A stretch of 64,000 nucleotides of DNA, from assembly GCA_976226885.1 (NCBI GenBank), contig OZ320313.1:63798001-63862000 (forward strand). The letters run 5' to 3'. The stretch is from Iphione sp. A-MEVVRFRX5 (Eukaryota). Both the position numbers and the translations under genes were made by a program. Below are positions 23,401-37,469 of the stretch, piece after piece. The notes beneath the pieces were generated by a model. It had not been told where the DNA came from. It made no database searches and saw only the letters and a program-made list of their open reading frames with translations. How positions within the stretch are numbered: position 1 is the first letter of the stretch; the number at the start of each line of letters is the position of its first letter.

Positions 23401-24971
23401 CGGGTAAAGCGGGTGAGTTTGGAGGGAGGTTAGGGGAACAGCTGAGAGCTTCACCATCCCAGCTATATATCCTCCACTCCCACCATGCCATATACCCCAC
23501 ATGCACACCCTCCCATCCCCCTCCCCTTCACTCGACCTCTCTGTCACCTCCCCGTGAGACAAACAGCTCCCCTCTTCATTCGGCCCCAGGAATCAGTGAG
23601 AGATGACCAGGTACTATTAAAAATTCAGATCGAGTTTCCATGGCAACGTGGCTAGATGAGGGCGCGGTGTTTGGTGGGCAGGACCGGCCATGAACCGATG
23701 GGGTTGAAGGGAATATGGGAAACGCAAGGGAAATGCGGATGGGGTTGGAGGTAGGAGGGAATGAAGCGCCGAATGAGCTAGTGGGAAGGGGGAGCCTGTG
23801 CTATCATTGGTAGTGGAATAGTAGGACGCAACCATTGTCAGTGTAGGGGTTGTGGGAATTAAGTCTAGTTCTCTGCACAACCAGTAGGTGGCCATAGGCT
23901 TAATGCTAGCGTTGGGGGTGTTGTTCAGGTCCTACTGAATAGCTTTGGCTTATATTATATAGAGGCTTCATTTGTGAGATGAAATATTCACGATCAGACC
24001 TTGACACGGTTATTTAACATGGCAGTTTCAGCCATGTTACAACCCGAAGTAAAATGTTAAAATCAATAGGAACATTATAGGCATTCAGCAATCTATAGAT
24101 TATACATCCATTCATGACAGTTTTCCATTTGTATTGTCACACCTTTAACGTAATGAATACTCGTTGTTTTACGACGTTTATAGATATAAACTTATGATCT
24201 GCATAGGTGTTGGAATCTTCCATTTTATAAGCACATTGATTGGAAGCTGAATCAATGAGTATATTAGAAAACCCTTCGTTGCAAAAGGGCCATTTTCTGC
24301 CCACAAACTACATCCAATATTCTACCACATTCTACCAATAACTTTACTAAACGGGTAACAGTGGTTATGATGTCACTACTAGTATTGGGCATTTTGTCCC
24401 CCACCTCATAGAGAGGGGGGACCTTAGGAATGCTGCTGGCTGACTGTCCAGCCTTCTGTCACACTCTTGTAGGTCTTATAACTCTAATACCCTTCACTCA
24501 AATGAACTGATTTTGATGTATGATACATGTGTATACTGAGCCATGACACTGGGTAGTAATTTTGGTAGTAATTCAAGTATTTTAAAGGTGAAATTATGCC
24601 AATTTACTTCTTTGCTAACATACCCACAAACACAAATGGGTTTGGGGATTCCTAGGTATGACAGTGCACACACCTGCACATACACACTCATGAATATCTC
24701 CCTCCTGGCAGTATCAGCTTGTAGCAGTCTGGGACCTCTGTGTGCTCAGTCAGGCCGAACTGAGGGTTGTAAACCTAAGGTTCTTCAGTCCCCCCCCCTT
24801 CCAGCCATGCAAGCAATCAGCCATGAAATGGGTTGTTGATGGTGGGGGACTATAGACCTCACAGGTCCACACTCTTGTAAGTACTGTTGTAAAAATTGTT
24901 TGATGTACATTAGAAAAAACATATATTTATCCAGATAATTCATGCAGCATATGTCTCTTCTTTCTTTTCAG

Positions 24972-25101
24972 TCCTATATCACGTGCACAATTGGTGTGGA
25001 GTATGTAGGTTACAATATGATCACCCTAGGCGTAACGAACTCAATCTTCTCCGTGCTTGTAGGCATGGTAGCTAAGCATCTCCCTCGCGAAGCTATTATA
25101 G
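24972..25101 (+). CDS. UNC93A: UNC93-like protein, internal coding exon
   Basis: Acceptor ttttcag, donor gtaagt, phase 0/1. Peptide SYITCTIGVEYVGYNMITLGVTNSIFSVLVGMVAKHLPREAII resembles UNC93A SYVTCTLGIQFVGYVM. Confidence 0.9.
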
Positions 25102-26009
25102 GTAAGTTATTTAACTTTAACGGCCATGTATACGGAACTATGTTGCCAGTTGGAAAAAACGCAAAAAGGACACAGGAAAACCGTCCCACAAAAATGTTTT
25201 TGCCACTAAATTAGGAAAGAGTTAAAATACGATAGGCTTGAAATAGCATCTGAATGGAAGAATTGACAGAATTTTTAAGAATGATATATTTTGTTTAGTT
25301 TTTATTCGGAAACTATTTAATTGATCATATGAACCTATGATCTTAATCTATTTTCTTATTACTAGATTAGTATATTCATATTATCCGTAGAGTATTAAAG
25401 TTGTGCAAAGGATACTTTAGGAGTAAAGAAAACAAATTAGGCTGAGGGGGTAGCTTTCAAATGATTTTGACCAACTAGAATGTTTTTTTTTTACATTTCC
25501 TGGATAAAAACATTCACAGAGAGCTGCTGTTACTTTTAACCTTTTTAGATATTTATTTATGGTTAGTTTGTAACGTGAGGTGTGGGTTTTTGCAAAAGCA
25601 GTAAAAGTGTATTAGCAAACACTGTTTGACTCTCGAATTATCTAGAAAAATTATGATTCTGCTATACTACATTCAGTCAACAAATATAATGTTCCTCTGT
25701 AGAGATGATTTTAAATTCCTGTCAATTATAAGGCGTTATTCTAGTTCACTGGAATTAATATGGGGTATTTACTTTTCACTAAGAATACCAGCCTGTCCTT
25801 CCATGTTTGAACCCACTAAAAAGATAACTGCGTAAATATTGTTAGGTACAGTCATGACAATAAGTCATCAGATCCCAAGTGTTGAGGGAAAATTATCATA
25901 TAATATTAAGTTAGTATTAATAAGCATAGTTCTGTCAGATAGAGGGCGTGTTCATAATTGCAGCCCATATGATGCATAGAGACGTTACATACTTGTGATA
26001 TGAGGCAAA

Positions 26010-26542
26010 TCACTGTAGTCCAAATCCGAACACTCAAAAACCAAATTTTCCGAATTCCGAATGATTTTTCTTGGGATGAACCATTTTCATGTATTTAGCT
26101 ACTCATATAACTGAAATATTCCTTTTCCGAATTGAACACTGTTATTTAATTAAAATACACTGAAAATACTTTGAAATTATATTAAAAAATTGAATGATGA
26201 GCTTGCACCTCGGTGACCTGACAGCGAGCCCTGGTTGCTCTCCCCCAAGTTTGTTAGAAATCAAAGGGAAACACTACTGTGTGATCAGCTCGCACCTCAG
26301 TAAGTTGATGGCGAGCCCTGGTCGCTCTCCCTCAAGTTCGCTACTATTTGATAAGCGGGCACCTCAGTGATTGAAAATGACAGTGGCCTTAGGCTACTAT
26401 TTTAAATCCAAGTAGGGCCTAGGGCACAACTTAACTGATTGAAAATGATAGTGGCCTTAGGCCACCACTCAAAATCTGAATTTTCCGGAATCCAAACAAT
26501 TTCAGCAGAAACGGCGATCGTTCGGATTTGAAATATTGACTG
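26010..26542. mobile_element. Degenerate pogo-like MITE with internal sub-repeats
   Basis: caaatccgaac near the left end and gttcggatttg...gactg|TA at the right end. Internal repeats gcacctc.g...gcgagccctgg and tgattgaaaatga.agtggccttaggc. Confidence 0.45.
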
Positions 26543-27074
26543 TATAAATTATGTATATATCTTAACATATATTTATGGTTTTATAAATCTAGTATATGCT
26601 CTACATAGTAAAAGGTAAAGCGAAAAATACATAATGGTCAAGACCATGAGAATCCTATAAAGAAATTTCTCGTCAACATCAAGAAAACCCACTTTGTTAC
26701 GTTTAATATCGGCAGTCTAAGTAATCAGATCACACTGTCTCTCCAGTGTTTTCTTGGAAAGATTTTTGTCTCCCTGACACCCTGCTCTTTCGTTTTCGCA
26801 AATGAAACGTACCATTCAAGGCGATTTCACATTTCTTATCGCACTGTCATAAGCCTGTGCTTCGCTGCAATTTCCACGAGCTCCTTTCTCATTTGCACCT
26901 TTGCGTCTTTTTTTATCATCCGTGTTCTGCTTCTCCTCTCTCCCTGTTTTGTCCGCGCTCCCAGAACCCCTGCCTATTTTACTTCTGCTCCCGTCTGGAC
27001 TTCTTCCTATATTTTATGGGAAGGTCTTCGCACAGCCATGCTCTAGTTTCTATCCTTCTACCGGCGCCACTCAG

Positions 27075-27212
27075 GTATCGGAGGCATCCTTCACATCGGA
27101 CTGATGGTCTTCCTGCTTGTGTGGATCCCAGACAAGGGCATCAAGGCGGTGTTCTTCGTAATCTCGGCGCTTTGGGGTATATGCGATGCCATCTGGCAGA
27201 CACAGTGTAACA
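27075..27212 (+). CDS. UNC93A: UNC93-like protein, internal coding exon
   Basis: Acceptor actcag, donor gtaagt, phase 1/1. Peptide GIGGILHIGLMVFLLVWIPDKGIKAVFFVISALWGICDAIWQTQCN contains the family LWG..DA.WQTQ.N motif. Confidence 0.9.
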
Positions 27213-27532
27213 GTAAGTACTTATTCCCAGTAGGACAGCACACATATGAGACAGCGTCGTCCACAGAGCTTTTGCTCAATGAGCTCAAATCCACTCCTAC
27301 ACCCTTTAAATTTGGGACCAGTAGATATATTTCTTTTTGTGAATGACAGTGCATGTATTTCCCCTCCGTTTTTGTTAACTACAAACAAATATTGAAGTAA
27401 CATAAATGTCTCACACGTCGTCTTTCTTACCGATAATTAAATCATGTAATATAGTGAGTGCGGCAAGGCCAATGTTAAATTCACAATGCAGTCCGCCATC
27501 ACTCCAACCATCTACCGCATCTCTTTTCTCAG

Positions 27533-27756
27533 GTTTGGTCAGTCTAAGCTGTCCAGACGACCACGACGTCGCCTTCCAGAACTTCCGCATGCTTCAGGGA
27601 CTAGGCGCCGCACTTGTGTTTATCCTTGGAGCCTTTTTCTGTGTCACCGTCAAGCTCTACATCATTATTTCGCTCATCATCCTCTCCATCTTCTTCTACG
27701 TCATCGCTGAGTACAGGATTCGCCGGGATCAGGGCCTCATAGACGACTCTTCTTAA
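27533..27756 (+). CDS. UNC93A: UNC93-like protein, terminal coding exon
   Basis: Acceptor ttttctcag, phase 1. Peptide SLVSLSCPDDHDVAFQNFRMLQGLGAALVFILGAFFCVTVKLYIIISLIILSIFFYVIAEYRIRRDQGLIDDSS* resembles AF.N.R....LG...C..VKLYI of UNC93A. Confidence 0.9.
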
Positions 27757-30700
27757 GGAGTTGGTTTGTTTATGACAAAGAGGACAAGAGTTTGCAATTT
27801 CTACTGCAAAGCCTGGTGCGTCTTGGAGGTGATGTTCGGATAGGAGAGGAATGTGGCAAAAGACAGCGCGGGCTATGGAAGTAGTTGAACGATGTTTATT
27901 TTGCTACAGACTTTTTGTCAGGTTGTCCACCAGGCATAAACAGTCTGTCAGCAACTGCGGTAAACATGGTGGTGATGGTGGAAGCGTAAGGGGAAGTTAT
28001 ATGTTAATATATGCTGGTGGTTGGTTAGTTTCAAGTCGACAGTTAGTGATATTGGACGAGTTTAAGAGGACCGAGCATCGAAATCATCGAAAAAGACAAT
28101 TCATTTGATTACAGTTTCTGAAATGGACCCCTACAGAGACCGCGGACAAGGTAGTAGTTGTTTCGAATCTGTTTTCGGGGCTTTATATTAATCCCCGAGG
28201 CCTGTATTCAAAATTCTATGGATTCTGACCGCAGCGATTTCCTTCTTTGATAGACTGTTAAGAGATTGAAATATATCGTGCAGAGGAAATAATGTTTGGG
28301 TCAATGTACATTGGTTTGGAACGTATTAATGTCTTTGGTCATCTATTTAACCCTCAATAATTTTTGTCTCATGAACTCACTGCTGAAGCGTCCCGTTTTT
28401 AAGGGCATCTGCTGTGTACAAAGTGTGTCACAGTCATCGTGTGCATGTGTAACTGATGTTTATGGAAGACCTATACCAAACTATATGATGCTGTGGTGGG
28501 TGATGTGTTGTTTTCCAAGTTAGCCTCAGCATGGACCATGACCTACAGTTGCACGGGTCGGGAATTTTCGTCGACTAATATTTACAGTTGTTTCAAAACA
28601 AAAACCATGAAGATGACTCTTCAACTTCCAGCTGCTGTCAACATTGCTGCTGCCTAGATGGAAGACTTACTTAGAATTGATAACGTAAACAGAATTTCAC
28701 ATCTTAAGTAGATATTGCAGAGGAGGGGGAATGGAGTGTTTGCCAAAGGAAAATTGGGCTGCTAGGGATATTGACCAGAGACAAAGACACAAAATATTTT
28801 ACTGTGATGAACACCTTGGGCATGCGTGTTGGGGATATCAACTGTGTCTTTGACCTTTGTCTCTTTGCAGGTATTTGGATTAAGGTCCGGCCGCCACGAT
28901 ATTTCCGTACTCCATGTAATATGCCTTATCCAACGATTCCCTTAAATTTCTATTCCTTCGAAGTCTTCCCCTTTCCAGAGTTACACTTTGACTTTCAATG
29001 CACTGATCAAGAAACGACAGCGTGTTTTAAAATTCTTTCATGGTGCATTTTCTGTCACTTTCAATTTCACCAACAAATACAGATTTCAGTCAAGATACAA
29101 ATGTAAATGTGATGACCGTTTATTCACTGGTCTGACATAAAAAAACGAAAATAAAACTGGTGCATTTGTAACTTCACAACAGGAACGCACAATTAAAAAC
29201 TCTATAGCAATGGCAATTGCAGGAATTGTTGAAGAAAGTGTTCTGTGCTTAGTAACTGTATCAAGCTTCTGGTACCACGAACACACAGTAGGTACTCTCG
29301 GCTAGATGCGTATCTGTGGTCGATCATGTTTGAAATTATGTGACCATTTTGTGCGTAGGCAAGGCAGATCTACAGTCCTCCCTTTCCGCAGGTTTAGTTC
29401 TGCACAGCACCAAAGCAACAATTTTAGAATTATATTAAATATGTACTGATATTACCTGAAAAGGGGAACGTTGAATCCAAAACAGTACATCTTGCCATGC
29501 TGAAATGGGTAGTATGAATTGTATACGACCCTATATCCACCAAACCGTTTCTTCGTTCCCCAGTGTGTTGGCGTTATTCTTTGTTTTTTATCGTGTCCTG
29601 CATGAACTAGAAATGCACCAAGTGTTATTTTTTGTCAGTTAGGAATGGACGCTGTAAAAAGGATAAAAATATATGACAGCATCCGCGTTGAGAATTAGAG
29701 CGAAAACGTCTCTCAGTTGTGACAAATTCTGACAGGAATCATTTAGGGCTATATTTTAATACCCATGGAGCAAATTCAGATATGGCCACGGCATATATGT
29801 CGGCTTAGACTCAATGGCATATCAGATAGTCTACTGAATGCACGCATGTGCTCGTGTCTTTCTTTTTTCTTAAAAAAAACTGTGTGTGTAAACTCTTTTC
29901 AGGGTGATGGTCGTTTCATCAGTTTGTGTTGTGTATAAATTGTTCCCAGTGAGCAAACATGCGTCATATACATGTACCTACACTTGTGTACATTTTTAAA
30001 ACGTTTTGGCACAGATTTTTCTTTTTCTTCACACTTTATTCGAATAGGACCCCCAATATATGGTTATCTTACCTCTGCGCTACTATGTGCGGTGTATTTC
30101 CCCGCGTATTATTACACGAATACGCCTTGGTCATGTCTATTGATGACACCGTTTAAATAATAATGAACTTTGGACAATCGTTTCCAGGCGAATTCTTACA
30201 GAAATTGCGTAAAATCGATCAGGAAATTTTGGCCGTAATATGACAACCTTGGTCTGAGTCACTTTCACTTTTTTGTGAATATAGACAAACTATATGCCTA
30301 CATATATGTAAAGATTGCATTGATTTGTCGGGAGGGATAAGAGTTATTTATAATTTGTTACATACAAACTTACCTTCACACTCACTTTCCATGGGAGAAA
30401 ACTGAATAAACACCAAAAATGTCATTCTTGTATGATGAAACAAATTATTTGTTACGTATCGGTGCTAATAACAAACACCTGTCTAGTTGTATGAAGTTTC
30501 GTCAAATGTATATGTTACGTTTCCCGAAAAAGTAAACTAATAACATTTAATTTTGTTTTTTACTTTTTCGTAAGTTTAATTGATAATGTTACAAGTCCTG
30601 ATACGTTTCTCTCAGTAGAATTTGCAGGAGAAACTATTACACTGGCTCTGTCAAGGAACAAATATAAATGTGCATGTGGTAACGGAGGATTTTCAGTTCC

Positions 30701-33700
30701 TACATTTAAACCTTAAGCAATGTCGAAACATTTAGCTCTGCATTTGAAAGGAAATGTTCTTCCTGAAATTTTATCGAAAACTTTTTCCTTCTGTTAAAAA
30801 ATGGAGGTGCATATTTAGATGAGGTTCCCAGTTAAAATGGCAGAGAACGGTTGCGGTATATACTGCTTTAATAAATTGTAACAGAAAGTGTGTAACAATA
30901 AATTTCGTTATCAATGTTAACTCAAACACATAGGCCTTGCAGTCTACAAGCTCTTCTCGAAAGTCAGAAAAGCACGTTATCTTGTATATCATTACAATTT
31001 GAATCCTGGGAACTTTGTAATGTTACACAATCTTTTGTCCCAAAGACTTTCCATATTGACCACAGAGTTTTAATATCCTATCAGATATTGTAACCAATGC
31101 AAGTCCCCCCCCCCACTCCGTACAGACTTATGGTTTTCTGAGGTTCAATAATTGTACAAATAATCATGTTCTCTATAAATGATGCTTATGTGAAGTCTTT
31201 TATCTTTGTATGGGTAGAGCTATCTAGATGTAAAAAGCATGCATTCTTTCACGTATTTAAATCATATCATGTATGTAGTATATGACAACCAAAGGATCCA
31301 TTCCGTTTGGCAAGCACAAGATGTGACTGTAAAAGATGAAAAAACACCCAGGGGTGATACGTGTGAGAACCACTTCAGGTCTAGTTGAACCTTGAAACCC
31401 ACTGAAAATACTCATCGATTTTTTCTCCCTGTATTGCGTGGTAGAATTTGTGGGCCGTTTTTTTAACATTACCCGGTCCTGTTAGCAGGGGTTGGCCCGA
31501 TTCTGTCCCACGGGCGTTACGCGACTGCTGTAACCACGGTAACCAAATATAGGTATCGCCTTGTAGACATGATGTGTACATGTATATAATACAACTACGT
31601 TTCAAGATATATTATAATTCGTATCTGTAGTATATAGTCACAATATTTGATGTTTTGAAAGGAAATATTTCGTTTATATGTTTGAAGCATAAGTTAGGGA
31701 GGGAAAGGTTCCAGTCATGCCTGGCGTGCCAAGAAGTTGTGCTGGATAAAAAGCGAAAACATTTATCGATAGTAACTGCTTGTTAAAATTTCCTCGACTT
31801 ATGAGTTTTTCTCTCAATGTCAGCACTAGTTTTCTTAGTGAGAAAGGAAGACGCTGAAGTGAGTATGACCTAACCTTTCTTTTTTTATTTGACGCGCTTC
31901 TATGGAATTATAGATATGAATCGCATTTCACAGTTGGATCTAGAATTGATAGTGCTGCAACGTGAACTATATCCAATGCCAACACTGACTGAATACTCAT
32001 TGCCCACACCAGCGGAGGAACTCACTGGATGTGATTTATATGTAGATATTGCACACAGATTTCAAGTTGATTTTCTGTCGCTGTGGCCATACCTATAACG
32101 CCATAGAAGTATAGAACTGTACATACGTATCGATTTTTAATAGCATGTGGGCTTTTCGTGAAGAGAAAATACGTGTGTGGTAGAGGATTTTCAAATCATC
32201 GTGAAAAGAAGCCTTTTATTCTTTGAAGTTCCTGTCCTATTTTAGGCAAGTTTGCATCTTTAATACACGCTGCATTGAACATTGCTTTTTGTATTGTGGC
32301 ATATTCTTAAGTCTAACTATAAATGTAAATACCATGAGTTTAGAACAAATATTAGTACGTTGATGAATCTGTATATAATAAGCAATCGATGCTCTTTTTC
32401 CGACAATCATAACACCAACGGGGTATGCACTACCTGTCCTCTAAATATCACTGTTTCAAGAAAACATCTGTAAGCGTCATTTAATCAGGTTATTTTTACT
32501 CAAAAGCCTCTCAGAAGAAAATGTTTTGCAGGGGGCTATTCAAATCTATATATCGTTTCCGTCTGTCCATTATGCTGTGCCGGACGCTCTCCCTCTCTGT
32601 GCCCTCCTAAATTATTCTAGCGCATCTCGACATTTTTCTCTACTCCGCTTTATTTCCTTCATAGTGTCATTCACCGATGTCGGGCTTTCTGGATATTGAC
32701 GACAACGAGACTTTTAGTTCGATATACATGTCCTTACACGTGTTATGAAAAACACGTCAAATCCGTAATGCTGGAAAACTCTCTTTTCTAAGCTGTGTTT
32801 CACATTTGGACACCATGTGCACCAGCCCGTATTTTTGCACTATTATATTAATGAGTCTGTCCACAACCATTTCTTAACATTAAATTGTTTTTTCGATGCC
32901 CCATAGCCCAGATACTTATCACTTAAGAATCCTTCAGTTGCTATTCACATCAGCCTGATTGGCATGGCTAGATAATGATGGAAGTAAATCCTTTTAAGGA
33001 CTGCCTACTGATCAACTTACAAAGTGGGACATCATGATGCCATCACTATACCTCAATATCCCTTGACATATCTGTTATCTACTCTCACGATGGGCAGATG
33101 TTTTCATAGTAGGCTGCACGTGCAGTCATAAATGTACCAACTTTGTGTACGAAATCCAACACAAATTGTCATGCTAGACGCACTCCCACTAAATGGAGTT
33201 CCTACTAAGTTGGGCTACCATATCGTGTTATACTAATTTTTACAGGGTGTGTTTTAGCATTGCCTGGGCAGATCCCTCGCTGGGCACTTATGATAGATAT
33301 TTTCTATTAATACTGACATAAAAAGAAACTTCATATGTATAATTTGAATATAAATTCATACACGTGTACACAGATTTTGGCGGTGCCCATACGTTTGTTT
33401 TTAACACCTATTGGTGCGTGTCATTTCTGAATACGTAGATACCATACAATCAGAATCAATTCGGTTGCAACAGTTATAACATTCGTTTTTTTATTTTCTT
33501 TTGTTATATGAAGCTCCTGCATTGTTAAATTGTGTATGGCATCAATTTCCTTTAATGTTCCCAAATGAATTGTAAATTTTGTTATACTGTATGAGGGACG
33601 CAACTAGATGTCCGTTAATTGTAACATATACTTGTACTTGTGCATTTTCATTTTGAAGTCTGAAAGCAGTGGACGATTAACGTTGATATTTGTTATACAA

Positions 33701-34422
33701 AATGGTAAATTCATTAATAAAGTTAAAGATACTTTGTAAGATGAATATGCATCATGTTTGATGTACGGTTCTCTTTCTTCATTCTTTGACGACGCTGTTA
33801 TTTTGTAGTAAACAGTTTGTTAATCCTATCTTCTATGACGCCAACAGTTTGGAATAGTTCATGAGGAAAGCAGCCAATGATACTTAAGATTACTGACACG
33901 TTGTCATTACATGTAAACAGAGATTAAAAACTAGGAATTGTATCGCACACACTGATTCCAAGATCAGTGTGTTGTATTTCGGTAATGAGGTTTTCGTCAA
34001 ATAATGTATTTTGTACGATTCACGGAGAATTTGCGAGCAAATCTGAATGTATAGATGTAATTGGCAAAGTCTTGCTTCTCGTTGGCGCGCTTTTTTGAAT
34101 TTCTCGTGGTATGTGTGGCATTGTCGTCTGCAAGTATTGTAACGCTTGAAGGAGCCTGCCCAGAAGACGTCGTCCTCGAATAGATGGGGACGACGCACGA
34201 AGTGGGTTACGGTATTCCTCTTCCATACCCAAAGCCCCATTTTTTGCGAGTCCTGCCTAAAAGTTGTATGATGTAAAGTATATTTGTAATCTGGTGAGCG
34301 TGTGCCTATGGATGACTTGGTTGGTAAAGTGAAATATCAATAAATATAAGGGAATCAATTTCTGGTTTTGTTTGAATATGTAAAACCATTGTTCTAGTTC
34401 CTGGATTTAACATAGATCCTGG

Positions 34423-34610
34423 CAGGGCCCATACCCAAGGAGGTATCGGGGGGATCGGCTGATACCCCCACGAAGGCCAGCAGGTCCACCCAGAGGGAAA
34501 AAAATATCCCAGAAGAAGTGGGGAAATGTGAGGAAATATGTTGATTCCTTGCCAGAAGATGCTGTGCCTCCCCAACTCCCCCCAACACAATTTCCTGGCT
34601 ACGGGGCCTG
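34423..34610. mobile_element. hAT-like MITE
   Basis: Imperfect TIRs cagggcccatacccaagga and ttcctggctacggggcctg; no clean TSD. Confidence 0.5.
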
Positions 34611-35188
34611 CTAGCCTGTAGCAATTGAGTTTGGAGGATCACAGAGCAGTTGAGCTACATGTAGATGAGGCCTAAAATGAAATATGCTTTTTAGGAACGA
34701 ACTGAAACTGAAATTTTTTGTCATTGTTAATGAAGCCTGAAAACGACATGTGTCTATTTATAAGCCTGAAACTACCACTTCCACTGCTTTCATCTTTATG
34801 AAACTTATATTAAACGAAAGCTGAGGGACTAACGAAGTGCATGCTATTCATTTTCAAGATATCCACAAAACAATAAAAAATAAAATACTCCATTACCACA
34901 AAAAAAAACTGGGTTTTTCGGGTAACTGGAAAGACAGATATATTTAGGCCTGGTATGTATAATGTATCTACGTGTATTTATTCTTCATATTGCGCTCAGC
35001 CTCTAGGCCAATAGCTATACAAAACTAGTAACTGAATAGTATTAGTTCCATTATACCCCAGGCAGTGCACAACATTCTAAAAATGTTTTATAACGATTTC
35101 ATTGAGTTATAACATTTTGTAACTAGTTTAAATCATTATAAAAGCAGTTTCCCCTAACATTTGAAGATGGGGCTATAGCTGAGGAGGT

Positions 35189-36780
35189 GTGGAAGTGCTC
35201 AATGCTGAATTAAGTTCAGTTTCTCAATTATCTCAATTTAAAGTGACGAGTGAAGATTTGGTAAAAATTAGTGGATCTGTTAAAGACAATAAGGCATCTG
35301 AAATCTCTGAGATTCCATCACGTTTAGTAAAACGTATTTTAATAAGCAATTCTGAAACCCTTTGTAAATTTCTAAACAAAAGCTTTGCTCATACCACAAT
35401 ACCAGAAGACTGGAATACAGTAAAGTTATCCCACTACATACCAGTAAACTGGAAAACTATCGCCCGATTAGTCTTTTGAACATCGTTCGTAAGGTCCAAG
35501 AGAAAGTCGTACACAAACAGCTTTATGATGATATGTTAAGGGAAAACTGATTTTGACCAGGCAATATGGTTTCAGACCAGGACTATCTACAGAATGCGCT
35601 TTTTGGGATCTACTGGGCACTAAACATCGAGCTTTGAATCATGGAAAATTCGTTTAGGCATAGATTTCCGCAAGGCCTTTGATTCTGTTAATCACAATAT
35701 TTTACTAAACAAAATTTAAAAAGTTTAAATACTGGAAATAGTAATTTAAACTGGATCAAAAACTATCTTACTGGCCAAAGTCGATCCGTTTTTTATAACA
35801 ATGTATTCTCTTCAGTCACAACAATGGAGTGCGGAGTACCCCAAGACTCCATCTTAGGGCCGTTGTTCTTTGTAATTTTTTATAAATTCTCGCCCAATGA
35901 CACTGCGGCATTCGACCTGTTTCATGTATGCTGACGATGTTGCATTGACCTTTGATGGAAATAACTACCATGATGTGAAACAACAAGTTGATGAGGACAT
36001 GTATAGTCTTACAGAGTGGGCTAACAGAATGAAATTAGAACTAAATATGTCAAAAACATACAGTATGAAATTTTCCTCCAAAAGAGAAAGGGTTAATAAC
36101 ATGACTGATAAATGGATAGAAGGAAGTAAATTCAGGATTAAGATGGTTTTGCAGGTGCAATATTTAGGCACCATACTAGATGCACGACTTACAATACAAG
36201 AATATCAAACACATCTGGTAAGAAGAACCTAATCTATACTTTACCATTTGAGGCATGTCTGACCGTATCTCGACAGGGAGAATGCAACCAAACTTGCAAG
36301 GAGTATGATTCTGCCAGTTACTGAATATCTTATATTTGTCCACACAGCCATGAGAAGCAAGACCTTGTTAAAACTAATAAAGGCTGTAAAAACGTGGCAA
36401 ACTGTGCTTTTGGTTACAAAAAATTTAAAACAGATGACATAATAAGGGACTTTCTCTCAAAAAGAAATAAAAGGCTCTTAGTTTTGACACATTTGAACCT
36501 TGAGAACAAGGAGAACATACAGAACCAAAGTCTAAGGAACACAAGATAAAATGATAAAAGCCAAATTAAGGATCCCTCATACTGTAAAAGAAAGCTTCAG
36601 ATGTTGTCCGGAATATACTGGGCTTCTTCTATGGCAAAGGATCACCCCCACATCATCTAACTTGCCGAGAAATGATTTCCTTAAGTTTGTCAAGCACCGA
36701 TGGGAAAAGTTTTCTCCTTGGTTTCAAGGTTCCATGAATGGCAGTGGGTGAGCATAGGAATGTTGTTCAAAATATCATGT
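35189..36780 (+). mobile_element. CR1/L2-type LINE relic (RT plus C-terminus)
   Basis: Motifs appear in order across frameshifts: NYRPISLL, QYGFRPG.STE, IDFRKAFDSVNHNILL, GVPQDSILGPL, MYADDVAL, YLGTILD and LRIP....FR....Y.G..LW. Confidence 0.85.
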
Positions 36781-37469
36781 ACAAGAATCCCCGGATTGTC
36801 AATGTTGCATATATCTACCTCACAACAATTAATGTCTAATATGATTTTGCATGCTATCTGTGCTCTTGGTAATCACCCAGGGAGGTGGGGCATATGCCAC
36901 CCTCCAATATCCAATATCTCATATCCTTCCATACCAACATATGCATTTGTACTCATAAAGCCAGCCTAAAACTACCTGAAAATCACAACAAATACGTGGT
37001 TGTGACATCTGCACTAATCCGAATGTGGGGCATATGCCGCCCTTTGCAAACATTGAAGGAAAAGGTATATCACTAGAAAGTACGAGATCGGGCAACAGCC
37101 GCTCTCACTGACGAAATCCTGCCACAAACAACTAATACAGGAGATACTGTCAATGCTCAAAAATGGAATAGTACTGGACTTGACTCACCCCAATGAACTC
37201 TCAGTTTTTAATCTAATACTGGAAAGACATTATGGCTAAATCACATGGAAGCGTGCTTGGGAAACCCATCTACCATTGCTACATACCAACAGCCAAACAT
37301 ACCATATGTATATATCTCATCCCAACTACCAACATTCACATCGTTCATTTGACATTACCTGTCATTTCTGCATATTCGTCTTTGTAAATACACCCAGATA
37401 CAATCTGGAACAATGTACATAAATGTATACTAAATTTCCATTGAAAATATAGTCCTGAAAAGACAAAAA

